A stretch of DNA of 64,000 nt from Bryobacterales bacterium. Lineage in GTDB: Bacteria; Acidobacteriota; Terriglobia; Bryobacterales; UBA6623. The notes under the pieces are model-generated. The model was given only the letters and a program-made list of their open reading frames with translations, did no database searches and was not told the DNA's origin. Position numbers and translations under genes: made by a program. The DNA is taken from assembly GCA_965248205.1 (NCBI GenBank), contig CBDFIS010000006.1, positions 3,202,492 to 3,266,491 on the forward strand, read 5' to 3'. Numbering within the stretch: position 1 is the stretch's first letter; every line of letters begins with the position of its first letter. This document shows, one piece after another, positions 51,075-61,384 of this stretch.

Positions 51075-51473
51075 GCTATACGCGATTTTTCGCGACGACG
51101 ATCCAAGTAGAACGATTCTTTCGGTGTTGAGCCAATTTCTCAGCCTTCACCCAAAGACTATCACACGCTCTTCGACGACCTTGTGTTTTCGCCCACCGTT
51201 CTGAGACGAACCGACTCTCATGATGGGTTGCCGAATGTTGACCCGCCGCAAGCCTGAGACGGACCACCACCGATTAGAAAGGTCCTACTGGTTTGACGTT
51301 TTCGCCGGCCAGACATGGAGAAGAATATCGAAGATTCAGCCATTCATCACACCAGATTCTAGTTAGCTAGCCGCCGTTGAACGAAGGTGGTTGGGGACGA
51401 CCGGTCCCGACATGGGTGGGGGCCAGCCGTCAGCCCAGCGGCCGCTTGACGACTGACGCTTCCGTAAAGCCAC

Positions 51474-51502
51474 TTGACAATTGGCGAATAAAAGGCGAAA
51501 AT
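51474..51502 (+). promoter_or_regulatory. Putative sigma70 promoter with candidate LexA box in the spacer
   Basis: TTGACA (51474-51479), N17, GAAAAT (51497-51502); CGAA-TAAAAGG-CGAA direct repeat at 51485-51499. Confidence 0.6.
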
Positions 51503-51508
51503 AGAGGC

Positions 51509-52504
51509 TTGCTTTTTCCGGATCCAGGTCAGCCGAAGCTCGTCGGGATAGCCCGCTTGGCGGCGGCCAGTCGTCACTTGGCGAAGAAGTCCCGTGTCGA
51601 GTACCGTGAGCTTCCGAGTTGGTCGATTTTGAATCGCTGCACAAGCCCGCGAATGCCGTTTCGCTGGACGATCAATCCCTACCGAGGTTGTGAGTTCGGC
51701 TGCAAGTATTGCTACGCCCGCTACACGCACGAGTTCATGGGGCTCGGCGACGGGCGGCTCTTTGAGCAGAGAATCTACTCCAAAGCCAACGCGGCCCAGA
51801 TCTTGCGGGAAGAGATGCGGCGTCGTCCGCGTGGAGCGATCGCTATTGGCACGAGCACCGACCCCTACCAGCCGGCCGAGCGCCGCTTCAAGACAACCCG
51901 AGCGATTCTTGAGGTTTTCGCGGAGCTGAGCGGCGTCTCGCTGTCGATCACCACGAAATCGAACTTGATTGTTCGTGACCTTGATGTACTCGATCGTGTT
52001 CGCCGCAGAAACGTTCTGCACGTGAACATCACGGTGACCACGACCAACGCTCGGGTCGCTCGTAAACTCGAGCCACTGGCTCCCCGCCCGGATTTGCGGT
52101 TCGAGGCAGTGAGTCAGCTAGCCGGGGCGGGCCTTTCCGTTGGCGTCTTCGCGAACCCGGTCATGCCGCTGTTGACAGACAGCAAAACCAACCTGGCGGC
52201 AGTAGCGAACGCAGCGTCACAAGCTGGAGCAGCCTATTTTGGAGGAGGAACCCTATTTCTTATGCCATCAGCCCAACAGCAGTTTTTTCCATTTCTCGAG
52301 AAGGAATTCCCGTCCCTGCTTCCTCGCTACCGCGAGCACTTCGGTAAACAGCCGTACCTGCGCGGGGACTACGCCGCCCGGATTCGGGATCGCATCGCCG
52401 AAATCCGGGCCAAGTTCGGCCTGGCTGCGGCACCCGAGCCCTACGAACCCGTAGACGCCGAACCGGAAAGACAACTACCGCTGTTTCCGGTCTCGCCGAG
52501 CTGA
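51509..52504 (+). CDS. Radical SAM protein, Rv2578c/PA0069 (SplB-like) DNA-repair-associated family
   Basis: TINPYRGCEFGCKYCYAR (CxxxCxxC), IGTSTDPYQPAE and ITTKS; in-frame TTG at 51509 chosen because the promoter lies inside the longer ORF (51377). Confidence 0.88.
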   Translation: MLFPDPGQPKLVGIARLAAASRHLAKKSRVEYRELPSWSILNRCTSPRMPFRWTINPYRGCEFGCKYCYARYTHEFMGLGDGRLFEQRIYSKANAAQILREEMRRRPRGAIAIGTSTDPYQPAERRFKTTRAILEVFAELSGVSLSITTKSNLIVRDLDVLDRVRRRNVLHVNITVTTTNARVARKLEPLAPRPDLRFEAVSQLAGAGLSVGVFANPVMPLLTDSKTNLAAVANAASQAGAAYFGGGTLFLMPSAQQQFFPFLEKEFPSLLPRYREHFGKQPYLRGDYAARIRDRIAEIRAKFGLAAAPEPYEPVDAEPERQLPLFPVSPS

Positions 52505-52579
52505 GAGACGGTTGGTTCAGCCCGGCCGGAACGATTGCCGGCCGGTACTCGATTCCAGGACCGCCAAGAGTGGCGGTCA

Positions 52580-54031
52580 CTACTTGCGCCAGAACGCTGG
52601 GGTGAAGATAACAAGAACGGTGTAGAATTCCAGCCGGCCGGCGATCATGCACCCGGCGAGAACCCATTTGGCCAACAGCGGCAGATGTCCGTAGTTGTCC
52701 GCGGGGCCCACGCCGCCCAGACCTGGGCCGATGTTAAACATCGAAGCCGCCACGGCGGCAATCGACGTAAAAACGTCAACACCCATCGCCGCCAGCAATA
52801 CGCAAGAGACGAAGTTCACGACGAAGGCGAGATAGATCAGGTTGAGAAGACTCTGAATCGTTGACTCACGAATCACTTGACTACCCAGCCGTACGGCGAA
52901 AACACCGTGCCGCTCGACCATCCGTTTGAACTCGCGGTCCACTACGCGCGCCAGCAATAGGATGCGCGAGGTCTTTAGACCTCCGGTGGTGGACCCCGTG
53001 CAGCCGCCGATGAACATGAGCGCCAGAAGCAGCAATTGCGGGAGCGGATGCCAAACTTCGAAATTGTCGGTCACAAGACCCGTCCCCGTTAGAATGGCAC
53101 TTACCTGAAACCAGGCACGCCGGAAAGCCAGTGACGGGCTGTAGCTGCTATCGATGACTAGCGTGATGAAGATGACGGCCGTCGCCGCGGCGACCAGCAG
53201 AAGGTAGTATCGGACCTCGACATCCGAGAAGAAGCTGCGAGGCCGCCTTTCTACCCACAGCCGGTAATGCTGCACGAAGCTGATCCCGCCCAGTAGCATG
53301 AACCCGATGACGATGTACTCGATCAGGGGACTTTCAAACGCGCCAATGCTGGCCGTGCGGGTAGAAAACCCGCCAGTGGCAACCGAGGAAAACGTGTGAC
53401 AGATCGCGTCGAAACTATTCATGCCGGCCCATAGCAGGGCGACAAACTCGGCTACGGTCAAGGCGGCGTAGATCTTCCATAACGACAGGGCCGTTTCGGT
53501 AATCCGCGGTTGCAGCTTTTCTGACTTCGCCCCCGAGAACTCGGCACGGTAAAGTTGCATGCCGCCGTGACCCACCAACGGTAAAACGGCAATTCCCAAC
53601 AACACGATGCCCATGCCGCCGAGCCAGTGGGAGAAGCAGCGCCACAACTGCAAGGGGTTGGGCAAGACCTCGACCTTGTCCAATACAGTGGCGCCGGTCG
53701 TTGTAAACCCGGAGGTTGCCTCAAAGAAGGCGTCAGTGAAGGTCGGGAAGACGGGAGAGAAATAGAAAGGAAGGCAGCCGAAAAACGCGACACTCACCCA
53801 AACGGCAACGACCATTAGCAAACCTTCGCGCTGAGTTAGGTCGCGAGCAGGCCGCGACCCCAAGCCCCATAGGAGGCCGCCGCTGACAGCGGTAATCCCA
53901 ATAGCCGGCCCGAACAATTCAAGATTGGGATCCCCGATCGCCAGGCCGTAGGCGAGGGGCACCAGCATCGTGCAGGCCAGAGCTAACAGAAACTGTCCCA
54001 AGATGTAGGAGATCGCGCGAAAGCGAATCAC
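52580..54031 (-). CDS. trkH: Trk potassium uptake membrane subunit
   Basis: FEATSGFTTTGAT, WLGGMGI, TGGFS, IGGCTGSTTGGLK, NIGPGLG and GRLEFYTV. Confidence 0.95.
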   Translation of the reverse strand: MIRFRAISYILGQFLLALACTMLVPLAYGLAIGDPNLELFGPAIGITAVSGGLLWGLGSRPARDLTQREGLLMVVAVWVSVAFFGCLPFYFSPVFPTFTDAFFEATSGFTTTGATVLDKVEVLPNPLQLWRCFSHWLGGMGIVLLGIAVLPLVGHGGMQLYRAEFSGAKSEKLQPRITETALSLWKIYAALTVAEFVALLWAGMNSFDAICHTFSSVATGGFSTRTASIGAFESPLIEYIVIGFMLLGGISFVQHYRLWVERRPRSFFSDVEVRYYLLLVAAATAVIFITLVIDSSYSPSLAFRRAWFQVSAILTGTGLVTDNFEVWHPLPQLLLLALMFIGGCTGSTTGGLKTSRILLLARVVDREFKRMVERHGVFAVRLGSQVIRESTIQSLLNLIYLAFVVNFVSCVLLAAMGVDVFTSIAAVAASMFNIGPGLGGVGPADNYGHLPLLAKWVLAGCMIAGRLEFYTVLVIFTPAFWRK

Positions 54032-55404
54032 ACGTATTCCTTCTTGGGCTCAACGAGAAAGGCCGACTCCAGTTTCGGCACGACACTTTCGAGGGTGAAG
54101 AAGATGACGCGATCGCCCGCTCGAATCGAGGCATTCCCGCGAGGGACGATGACCTCGCCGTCAGGTCGGGCGATTGCACCGACGATCGCCTCGCGAGGGA
54201 AGCGGAGATCACAGAGTTTCGGGCCCACGTATTTGGATCCTTCGGCCGCAATCAGCTCGATGGCTTCCGCCTCTTCCACGCCAAAGGTCGTCACGGACAG
54301 CACGTGCCCCTTGCGCACAAACTGCAGGATGCGATCAACCGTCGCCAGCCGAGGGCTAACCGAGGTGTTGATGCCCAGGCGCTGCACCATCGGCAAGTAA
54401 TTCAGGCGGTTGATGAGGGCCACAACCTTTTTGGCTCCCAGGCGACGGGCAAGAAGGGAAGCGATAATGTTGTCCTCATCGTCGTTCGTTAGTGCCAGGA
54501 ACGCATCGACTCCTTCGACGTTTTCCTCTTCGAGAGTTGCCTGATCGGTTCCATCGCCGTGCACGACGATCGTCTTGCTGAGGATGCCGGAAATCTTTTC
54601 GCAACGGCGGATGTCTCGCTCGATCAGCCTGACGTTGACACCCTGTTTTTCAAGGGTCTCCGCTACCCAGATGCCGACCTGTTTGCCGCCGATGATCATC
54701 ACGCGATCGAAAGGCTCCTCGACGGTGAGACCCATGAAGCGCATCGTTTCATTGAGATTCGCGGCCGTCGCGACGATGTAGATGTGATCTCCCGGGCGAA
54801 GGACTTCCGCGCCGTGGGGAATGATGACCTGTTGACCCCGAAAGATCATCGCGATCAGGGAGTCCCTGGGCGGGCCCGCGCGGTCCAGCTCCTCGAGGGT
54901 CTTACCGGCTACCCAACTATCGTCCTCCACGTTCATGCCGAACAGTTTCACCTCCCCGCCGGCGAAGTCAAGGATGTCCGAAACGCCGGGAACGCGCACT
55001 ACGCGCATGATGCGCTCGGTGATGTCGGTCTCGGGGTGGATGATGAGGTCGATGTCCAAGCCGGCTTGGGCGGTGACGCGGCGCCAGTGCTCGACTTCGT
55101 GGGTGCGAACTCGCGCTACCTTCACTCTGACGCTGGATTCCGCCTGGGCGACTAGGCAGGCTAGGACGTTGATTTCGTCCGAACTCGTGACGGCGATCAG
55201 CATCTCCGCGCTGCCGAGGCCTGCTTGTCGCAAGGTGAGCACGCTGGCGCCGCTCCCTTGCACCACTTTTGCGTCGAGCGCCTCTTCGAGTTCGCTACAG
55301 CGCTCTTCGTCCTTTTCGACGATGACGACTTCGTTGCCTTCTCGAGTCAGCCGGCCAGCGATGAGTGCGCCGACTTGGCCTCCGCCTGCGATCAGAATGC
55401 GCAT
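54028..55404 (-). CDS. trkA: Trk potassium uptake NAD-binding subunit
   Basis: Two RCK units (IAGGGQVG, IIGGKQVG), DEINVLAC and LTNDDEDNI. Confidence 0.95.
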   Translation of the reverse strand: MRILIAGGGQVGALIAGRLTREGNEVVIVEKDEERCSELEEALDAKVVQGSGASVLTLRQAGLGSAEMLIAVTSSDEINVLACLVAQAESSVRVKVARVRTHEVEHWRRVTAQAGLDIDLIIHPETDITERIMRVVRVPGVSDILDFAGGEVKLFGMNVEDDSWVAGKTLEELDRAGPPRDSLIAMIFRGQQVIIPHGAEVLRPGDHIYIVATAANLNETMRFMGLTVEEPFDRVMIIGGKQVGIWVAETLEKQGVNVRLIERDIRRCEKISGILSKTIVVHGDGTDQATLEEENVEGVDAFLALTNDDEDNIIASLLARRLGAKKVVALINRLNYLPMVQRLGINTSVSPRLATVDRILQFVRKGHVLSVTTFGVEEAEAIELIAAEGSKYVGPKLCDLRFPREAIVGAIARPDGEVIVPRGNASIRAGDRVIFFTLESVVPKLESAFLVEPKKEYV

Positions 55405-55587
55405 CAGATGCGGACCTCGGGTGGATTCTGTTGGCTCTGGAAACGAGCGAGAAGCCCTCGTCTTTTCTGCGAACGGTGGGAACCTATTGGCGGGTCTTTT
55501 TGGGTCGGCGTCACAACCTAACCTGAGACTAACATACGCCGCTGAGGAGTTCTCGAACGCGGTGGACGCGGTGTCTGGGCTGGCTTT

Positions 55588-56865
55588 CTAGATCAACTTA
55601 CTTTCGCACCGTAGCGCCGTTGACAGCAACAGATCCTCTTGGTTCGTACCGGCGGCGAGTTGCATCCCGAGCGGCAGGCCGGACTGACCGCGGCCGAACG
55701 GGAGCGACAGAGCGGGAACGCCGAGGGCAGTGAAGGGCAAGTTACAGGAGGGGTCGCCGGTCGAAGACAGTCCTTTAGGGGCGGGACCCGGCGCAGCGGG
55801 CGTTACCCAGACAGGATAGTTCCGGCAAAGTGCGGCGAAATCAACGCGAGCCTTAACTAGCACCTCGAGTGACGATTCGTATTCGCTGCGCCTCGTCTCG
55901 CGGCCTTCGAGGATCAACTCGAAGAGCTTGGCGCCGATTTCCCGCCCGTGCTGTTCGAATGGCTGGCGATGCACTTCGGCGGCTTCAAATCTCATTATGC
56001 ACTTCGTCGCCCGCGGCAGCTCGCTGAAGCTTTCAGGCAAAGAAACAGGGGCAACGACAAACCCGGCCATACGGAGGCGCTCCAAAGCTTGCCTGAAAGC
56101 AGTTTGCATTTCGGGCTCTAGATCTGTGTCAATCGGCCAAGGTGGAGCTGCTAGCCGATCTATGGGTTCTTTCACCTCGGAAGCGCCACGCGTAGCGCGC
56201 CACAAGAACGCCATATCGTCAACCGTCGGGGTGAACAACCCCATCTGGTCAAGAGTGGGGGCGAAGGGCATGACACCTTCTGTCGGCAGTTGCCCAAAGG
56301 AAGGCTTGAAGCCCACAACTCCACAAAACGATGCCGGGCGAATGACCGACCCTTGTGTTTGGCTCCCCAAGGCAAACGGAATCATTCTGTCGGCCACCGC
56401 CGCCGCCGAGCCGCTCGACGAACCGCCCGGAGTGTGGTTTGCATTGTGGGGATTCCTGGTCGGCCCGGGGTCAAAGAAAGCAAACGCCGTGGTATGCGTC
56501 TTGCCTAGAACGATGGCTCCTGCTTCGCGAAGGCGAGCCACGAGGGCCGCGTCTTTGGCCGGGACCCGCCCCCGGTAGAGCGGCGAGCCCCATTCGGTCG
56601 CCAGGCCGGCAGTGTCAAAAATGTCCTTGACACCGAAAGGGATGCCGTGTAGGTCGCCGCGGGGTGGGCCCGTCTTTAGTTCGTCAGTTAGGCGGCTTGC
56701 TTCGCGGCGGGCGCGGTCGGTGTCGAGGCAGACCCACGCTTCGGTGACTTCATCCCGTTCTTCGATGCGCTCCAGACAGCTTTCGACAAGTTCGCTTGGC
56801 GTAGTCTGACCGCCGCGAACCTGACGGCTAAGCTCCCGCAGTGGGGCCAGGGTTCGAGCGCCCAT
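55588..56865 (-). CDS. Amidase signature family protein
   Basis: GVKDIFD, TPGGSSSGSAAAVA and GSQTQGSVIRPASFCG. Confidence 0.93.
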   Translation of the reverse strand: MGARTLAPLRELSRQVRGGQTTPSELVESCLERIEERDEVTEAWVCLDTDRARREASRLTDELKTGPPRGDLHGIPFGVKDIFDTAGLATEWGSPLYRGRVPAKDAALVARLREAGAIVLGKTHTTAFAFFDPGPTRNPHNANHTPGGSSSGSAAAVADRMIPFALGSQTQGSVIRPASFCGVVGFKPSFGQLPTEGVMPFAPTLDQMGLFTPTVDDMAFLWRATRGASEVKEPIDRLAAPPWPIDTDLEPEMQTAFRQALERLRMAGFVVAPVSLPESFSELPRATKCIMRFEAAEVHRQPFEQHGREIGAKLFELILEGRETRRSEYESSLEVLVKARVDFAALCRNYPVWVTPAAPGPAPKGLSSTGDPSCNLPFTALGVPALSLPFGRGQSGLPLGMQLAAGTNQEDLLLSTALRCESKLI

Positions 56866-56920
56866 CTCAGCGACTCATTGTAGGAAACAGACCAACCCGC
56901 CGCAGTCCCCTTTTACGCCA

Positions 56921-57955
56921 TCATGGGACTAGAGTCTCTGCGGCCGCTCCGGTGGCAGTTCGCCGCGAAACCCGCTGGTTGCGGGCCCCACTTTCCAGCT
57001 CTTCGATTGCTGATCGAATCTTACCCCTAAGGGCGGAATCGGGATGGCGCGCCAGGAACTCGCGCAGCTCAGCGATAGCTTCCTCCGATCTGCCCTGGAT
57101 CTCGTATGTCTGGGCCAACACGAGCTGAGGATTCGTAAAGTGCGAGGGGTCGAGGCGCTTCGCCTTCAACAGGTACGGCTCAGCCTCCTCGTACTTACGA
57201 TGAAAGAAGTAGTTGACGCCGACTTGCGCGTTCGCCAGGGCGTCGTCCGGGCGCATCTCGGCGGCCGCTGTATTATAGGGGAGGGCTTCGCTATAGCGCC
57301 CTAACGCCAGCAGCGTACCACCGAGGTTAACGGTAGGAGCGTAGGCCCCGGGGTCCTCTCCCACGGCTTTGCGAAAGTACTCCTCGGCCTTTTCTAACCG
57401 CTGTTCCCGATAGGCGATCTTGCCTAGAAAATTCCAAGCGACGACGAACTGGGGGAAAATCTCGACTGCCTTTTCCAAGTGCGCGATGGCTGCGTCGGTA
57501 TTGTTTTTTGAAAGCTGGCGGCGTGCCTTGCGCAGCTCAATCCAGGCCTTCGAAGAGATGCTCAATTGCTTCGCGGAAACAAGCGTGCGCATCCGCAGCA
57601 TGCGCTCGCGCCCCTGCTCCGAGCGAGGGAAGGGCACAGTGACGTCGATACGGCCTTGCTCATCAGCGAAGCTGCCCGTGACCTCGATGGTGCGGCGCGT
57701 CTCGCCCCAATAGGGATGGAAAAGCGTGACGGAATAAGTCCCTGGTTTCAGCTTCCTAAACTTGAACCGGCCCTTGTAATTGCTGAGAGCGCGATCGGCG
57801 AACAAACCGTCGTGGGAAGTCAGGAAGACGAATGTTCGCATGGGCGGAAAGATCTGTCCTCGCAGCTTGAACGCACCCTCCTTGGCTACTCCGGAGATGC
57901 CAAGTGACAGGGCGAGCAGAGTTACCTGTAGCCAGGATCGAGCCACTGTTGGCAT
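56921..57955 (-). CDS. Exported carboxypeptidase-regulatory-like domain + TPR protein
   Basis: Signal peptide; GRFKFRKLKPGTYSVT beta-sandwich; several TPRs. Confidence 0.8.
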   Translation of the reverse strand: MPTVARSWLQVTLLALSLGISGVAKEGAFKLRGQIFPPMRTFVFLTSHDGLFADRALSNYKGRFKFRKLKPGTYSVTLFHPYWGETRRTIEVTGSFADEQGRIDVTVPFPRSEQGRERMLRMRTLVSAKQLSISSKAWIELRKARRQLSKNNTDAAIAHLEKAVEIFPQFVVAWNFLGKIAYREQRLEKAEEYFRKAVGEDPGAYAPTVNLGGTLLALGRYSEALPYNTAAAEMRPDDALANAQVGVNYFFHRKYEEAEPYLLKAKRLDPSHFTNPQLVLAQTYEIQGRSEEAIAELREFLARHPDSALRGKIRSAIEELESGARNQRVSRRTATGAAAETLVP

Positions 57956-58070
57956 TGTAGCGCTCCCCCAACGGGCCGGGTTGCCGCGCCCTATATTCCT
58001 TCGGCGCTCTCGTGTTCTTCGTTACTCTCGACCTGGCCGACTACGCAGTGATGAGCCTGTTGGGCGAGGG

Positions 58071-58661
58071 CTATTTTCTGCAGTTGAACACGTGCGCGGG
58101 GGGAAGGTTTCGCCAGATTGTACGCGATTGGACAGTTTGAAAATACTGGCGCAGCAGATCGCCTACGTCGTAAAAGCGCAGACGTCTTTCGTGTAGGTGC
58201 ATCCGATGGACGTATTGAAACTGAGTGAAGACGCTTCGCTCGCTGAGAAAAGGCATCAGCCCGCCGAGGATTGCGTGCTGTTGTGAGTCGGGCATGAAAC
58301 CGAGTCCCAGCGAAGAGACAACGGCATCAACGCGTTGCCAACCGCGGGCCTGCAACACTTCGGCTGCTGCCTCGGCTCCGGCGTTAACGATTTCGAGGCG
58401 GGGGTCCTCCAAATTCTGATTGAGGTACTCGACAAAGCGTGGGCTGACTTCAAAGGCCAACACTTGCGCGTCCTGTGGCACCAGCTCAAGCAGCTCACGG
58501 GTCATCACGCCCGTGCCGGGACCGAGCTCTATAACGAATTTCGCGTCGCGTAGAGGAAGCGGCTCAACCATCGCCTGCGCCAGCATTCGGGAGCTGGGAA
58601 CGACCGCCGCCGTCGACTGAAAGTCAGCGAGAACTTGCGTGGCAAAGGTGGTGAGGCTCAA
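58071..58661 (-). CDS. SAM-dependent phospholipid N-methyltransferase-like protein (PmtA type)
   Basis: TAAVVPSSRMLAQAM, VIELGPGTGVMT, VVSSLGL, FTQFQY and WRNLPPAHV; TTG start at 58661 assumed. Confidence 0.85.
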   Translation of the reverse strand: MSLTTFATQVLADFQSTAAVVPSSRMLAQAMVEPLPLRDAKFVIELGPGTGVMTRELLELVPQDAQVLAFEVSPRFVEYLNQNLEDPRLEIVNAGAEAAAEVLQARGWQRVDAVVSSLGLGFMPDSQQHAILGGLMPFLSERSVFTQFQYVHRMHLHERRLRFYDVGDLLRQYFQTVQSRTIWRNLPPAHVFNCRK

Positions 58662-58789
58662 ACTGATTCCCCGGTAGGACGAGGCGCACGCTAAACGGGA
58701 AGGACGCTGAATTGAAAGACGATCATAACACACGAGAGGCTGCCGGCCCTTGCGGGAGAGGCACCTGGAGGGGGTAAGCAAGTTGTCGG

Positions 58790-60055
58790 CTAGTCTCGCT
58801 CCAAGTCACCCGTTATCAGACGAGCGGGGCGTTTCAACGTGAAGTAGGACCACGCCCAGTTCAACATCACGGCAAGGCGGCTACGAAAACCGATCAGGTA
58901 GAGAATATGCACCAACAGCCAGACCACCCATGCCAAGAAGCCGGAGATCCGCAACCAACCGAGATCGGCCACGGCGGCTTTCCTCCCAATGGTGGCCAAG
59001 TTGCCCTTGTCCGTGTAGTGGAAGGGATCACTGCTCCGGCCCGCGACAGCTTTCGAAATGTTCTTCGCGGCATGCTTTCCCTGCTGCATCGCTACAGGCG
59101 CGATTCCCGGCAACGGCGCTCCCGTCTGATGAAGGAAGGCGGCAAGGTCCCCGATGACGAACGCCTCCTTATAGCCGGGCACGCTTAGATCAGGCTCGAC
59201 GAGCACCCGCTCGACACGGTCTAAGGGGACACCCAGCGAGCGGCCGAGTGAGGACGATTCGACACCGGCGGCCCACAAGGTCGTTGCCGCGGGAACTATT
59301 TCGTCTCCCAGTTGTACCTCGTCATCACTGATACGGCTGACCGCTGAACCCTTCATCACTTCGACTCCAAGCGTCCGGAGCGAAGCCTCAGCTCGGTCGG
59401 AGAGTTTTTCGGGAAAACCGGAAAGGATACGGGGGCCAGCCTCTACCAAGACGACACGTGTCGTCCTAGGATCGATGGAGCGAAAGTCCCCGACCATTAC
59501 GTGGCAGGCAATCTCGGCGATAGCTCCGGCCAACTCGACACCGGTAGGGCCGCCTCCGATGACGACGAAGGTAAGAAGGCGGCGTCGCTCGGCCTGGTCC
59601 GTCTCCCTCTCGGCGCGTTCAAACGCCAGCAGGATACGCCGGCGAATCTCCAAAGCGTCCTCGAGGCTCTTGAGGCCAGGCGCCCGCCGGCTCCAATCGT
59701 CGTGCCCGAAGTAGGCGTACCGCGAGCCCGTTGCCAGGATCAAGTAGTCATAGTCCAGCGCCCCGCTCCGCAATTCCACCTTGCGGCCCGCCAGATCGAT
59801 CGCAACAGCTTCGTCCAGCAGGACACGCGTGTTTCGGTGCTTTCGAAGTACCGATCGAATCGGGTAGGCAATGTCGCCCGGCGAGAGGGCCGCGGTGGCG
59901 ACCTGATAAAGCAACGGCTGAAACAGGTGATGATTGCGGCGGTCCACCACTGTAACGCGGACTCCTCCTCGCCGCAGTGCCTTGGCCGCATACAGTCCGC
60001 CGAACCCAGCCCCGACAATCACGACGTGGGGTTTGCGATCATGGGTGGCGGACAT
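58790..60055 (-). CDS. ndh: Type II NADH:quinone oxidoreductase
   Basis: IVGAGFGG, HLFQPLLYQVAT, VIGGGPTGVELAG, WAAGV, FVIGD, APVAMQQG and KGNLATIGR. Confidence 0.92.
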   Translation of the reverse strand: MSATHDRKPHVVIVGAGFGGLYAAKALRRGGVRVTVVDRRNHHLFQPLLYQVATAALSPGDIAYPIRSVLRKHRNTRVLLDEAVAIDLAGRKVELRSGALDYDYLILATGSRYAYFGHDDWSRRAPGLKSLEDALEIRRRILLAFERAERETDQAERRRLLTFVVIGGGPTGVELAGAIAEIACHVMVGDFRSIDPRTTRVVLVEAGPRILSGFPEKLSDRAEASLRTLGVEVMKGSAVSRISDDEVQLGDEIVPAATTLWAAGVESSSLGRSLGVPLDRVERVLVEPDLSVPGYKEAFVIGDLAAFLHQTGAPLPGIAPVAMQQGKHAAKNISKAVAGRSSDPFHYTDKGNLATIGRKAAVADLGWLRISGFLAWVVWLLVHILYLIGFRSRLAVMLNWAWSYFTLKRPARLITGDLERD

Positions 60056-60065
60056 GGGAGGCTAG

Positions 60066-60199
60066 GGGGTGTGAAGAAATCGGTGGTGCCGAAGGGCGTG
60101 ATAAATCACGCCCCTACACCTGACCAAAGGTTTCTTTCAGTCAAGTAGGGGCGCAATTCATTGCGCCCGCCTTCGCTACGACTGATTTTTTCACACCCT
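60066..60199. repeat. MITE with GGGTGTGAA...TTCACACCC ends and REP doublet, copy 2
   Basis: GGGCGTGATAAATCACGCCCCTAC...GTAGGGGCGCAATTCATTGCGCCC. Confidence 0.8.
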
Positions 60200-60267
60200 C
60201 CTGTTCTTAGAAGAGCCTGGGAGCGGCTCTCGAAATCGGCTCCGGTAATCATCGGTCCTGGTAATCA

Positions 60268-60828
60268 ATGATACTCACGGACGAGGATCGCGAGAAACTC
60301 AAGTCGCTGCTGAAAACCCACTCTGTGATGAAAGGCGACTTCGTGCTGGCTTCCGGCAAACGAAGCAACCTCTACGTCGATGCCAAGTTGACGACACTGC
60401 GGGCCGACGCTCTGCCGCTGGTGGGTCGGGCGCTGCTGGCCAAGATCAAAGAACGAGACTGGAATCCCTACGCGGTGGGCGGACTGACGATGGGCGCCGA
60501 TCCGTTGGTCACGGCGGTTTCCCGTGAAGGCCTTGAATATGGATTCGTGATCCACTCTTTCTTAGTTCGCAAAGAGCCCAAAAAACACGGCCGCCAGCGA
60601 TTTCTCGAAGGCCTGGCGGATACGGACGGCTACCAAGTCGTCATCGTCGAGGACGTTTGCACCACCGGCGGCTCGGCAATTAAAGCCATCGAGCGCTCCC
60701 GTGACACCGGGCTGGACGTCATCGGCGCTATTTCCCTTGTGGATCGCGAGCAAGGCGGCCGCGAAGCGATCGAGGGCGAGCACGGGTGCCCGTTCGATCG
60801 CGTGTTTACGATGAAGGAATTGTTATAG
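60268..60828 (+). CDS. pyrE: Orotate phosphoribosyltransferase
   Basis: GDFVLASGKRSNLYVDAK, GGLTMGADP, VRKEPKKHG and VIVEDVCTTGGSA. Confidence 0.95.
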   Translation: MILTDEDREKLKSLLKTHSVMKGDFVLASGKRSNLYVDAKLTTLRADALPLVGRALLAKIKERDWNPYAVGGLTMGADPLVTAVSREGLEYGFVIHSFLVRKEPKKHGRQRFLEGLADTDGYQVVIVEDVCTTGGSAIKAIERSRDTGLDVIGAISLVDREQGGREAIEGEHGCPFDRVFTMKELL

Positions 60829-61384
60829 GCCGGAGCGAGTATAGAAGCCATAACCGAGAGCCTCTTGCCTGACGTTCCCGAGCGTCGCCTGTTCGCCTGC
60901 CCTCCCGCCAAACATCGACGAGGTACACCCACCAGGGCGATGGTTCAACATCCAGAACCATGGTCAGAATCTCTCCGTTCGCGACTAGTGACCCGTCCAA
61001 TCCGCTGGAAAAGCCACGTCTACCCCGACACCGTAGTTCGATACGCGGAACACAGTTGCCGACGCCGGGGCGGCCCGCGAGGGGCGCCCCGGGTACGGCT
61101 TGATGAGGTGCGGCTCCTCTGGTATCGCGCGGAGCCGCCAAAACGGTTTGGGATCGATCCCGTTGTTCTGTGTAACGCGGTCGGGTGATCGGCTCACCGA
61201 CGGAGGCCATGGGGAGGACTTACATCCCGGTCGGGGGTGCGCCGGTCTGTCGCTCCCTGAAGGCCGGCGCTCTTACGGGCCCAGAGTAACATCGCACGGG
61301 GAGGGTAGATGAGTGAAGGCAAGGCGATCTAGTTGATGGTGTGCGAGTTAGAAATTTCGAAATGCGGTGACGAGGTTTCGGGAG

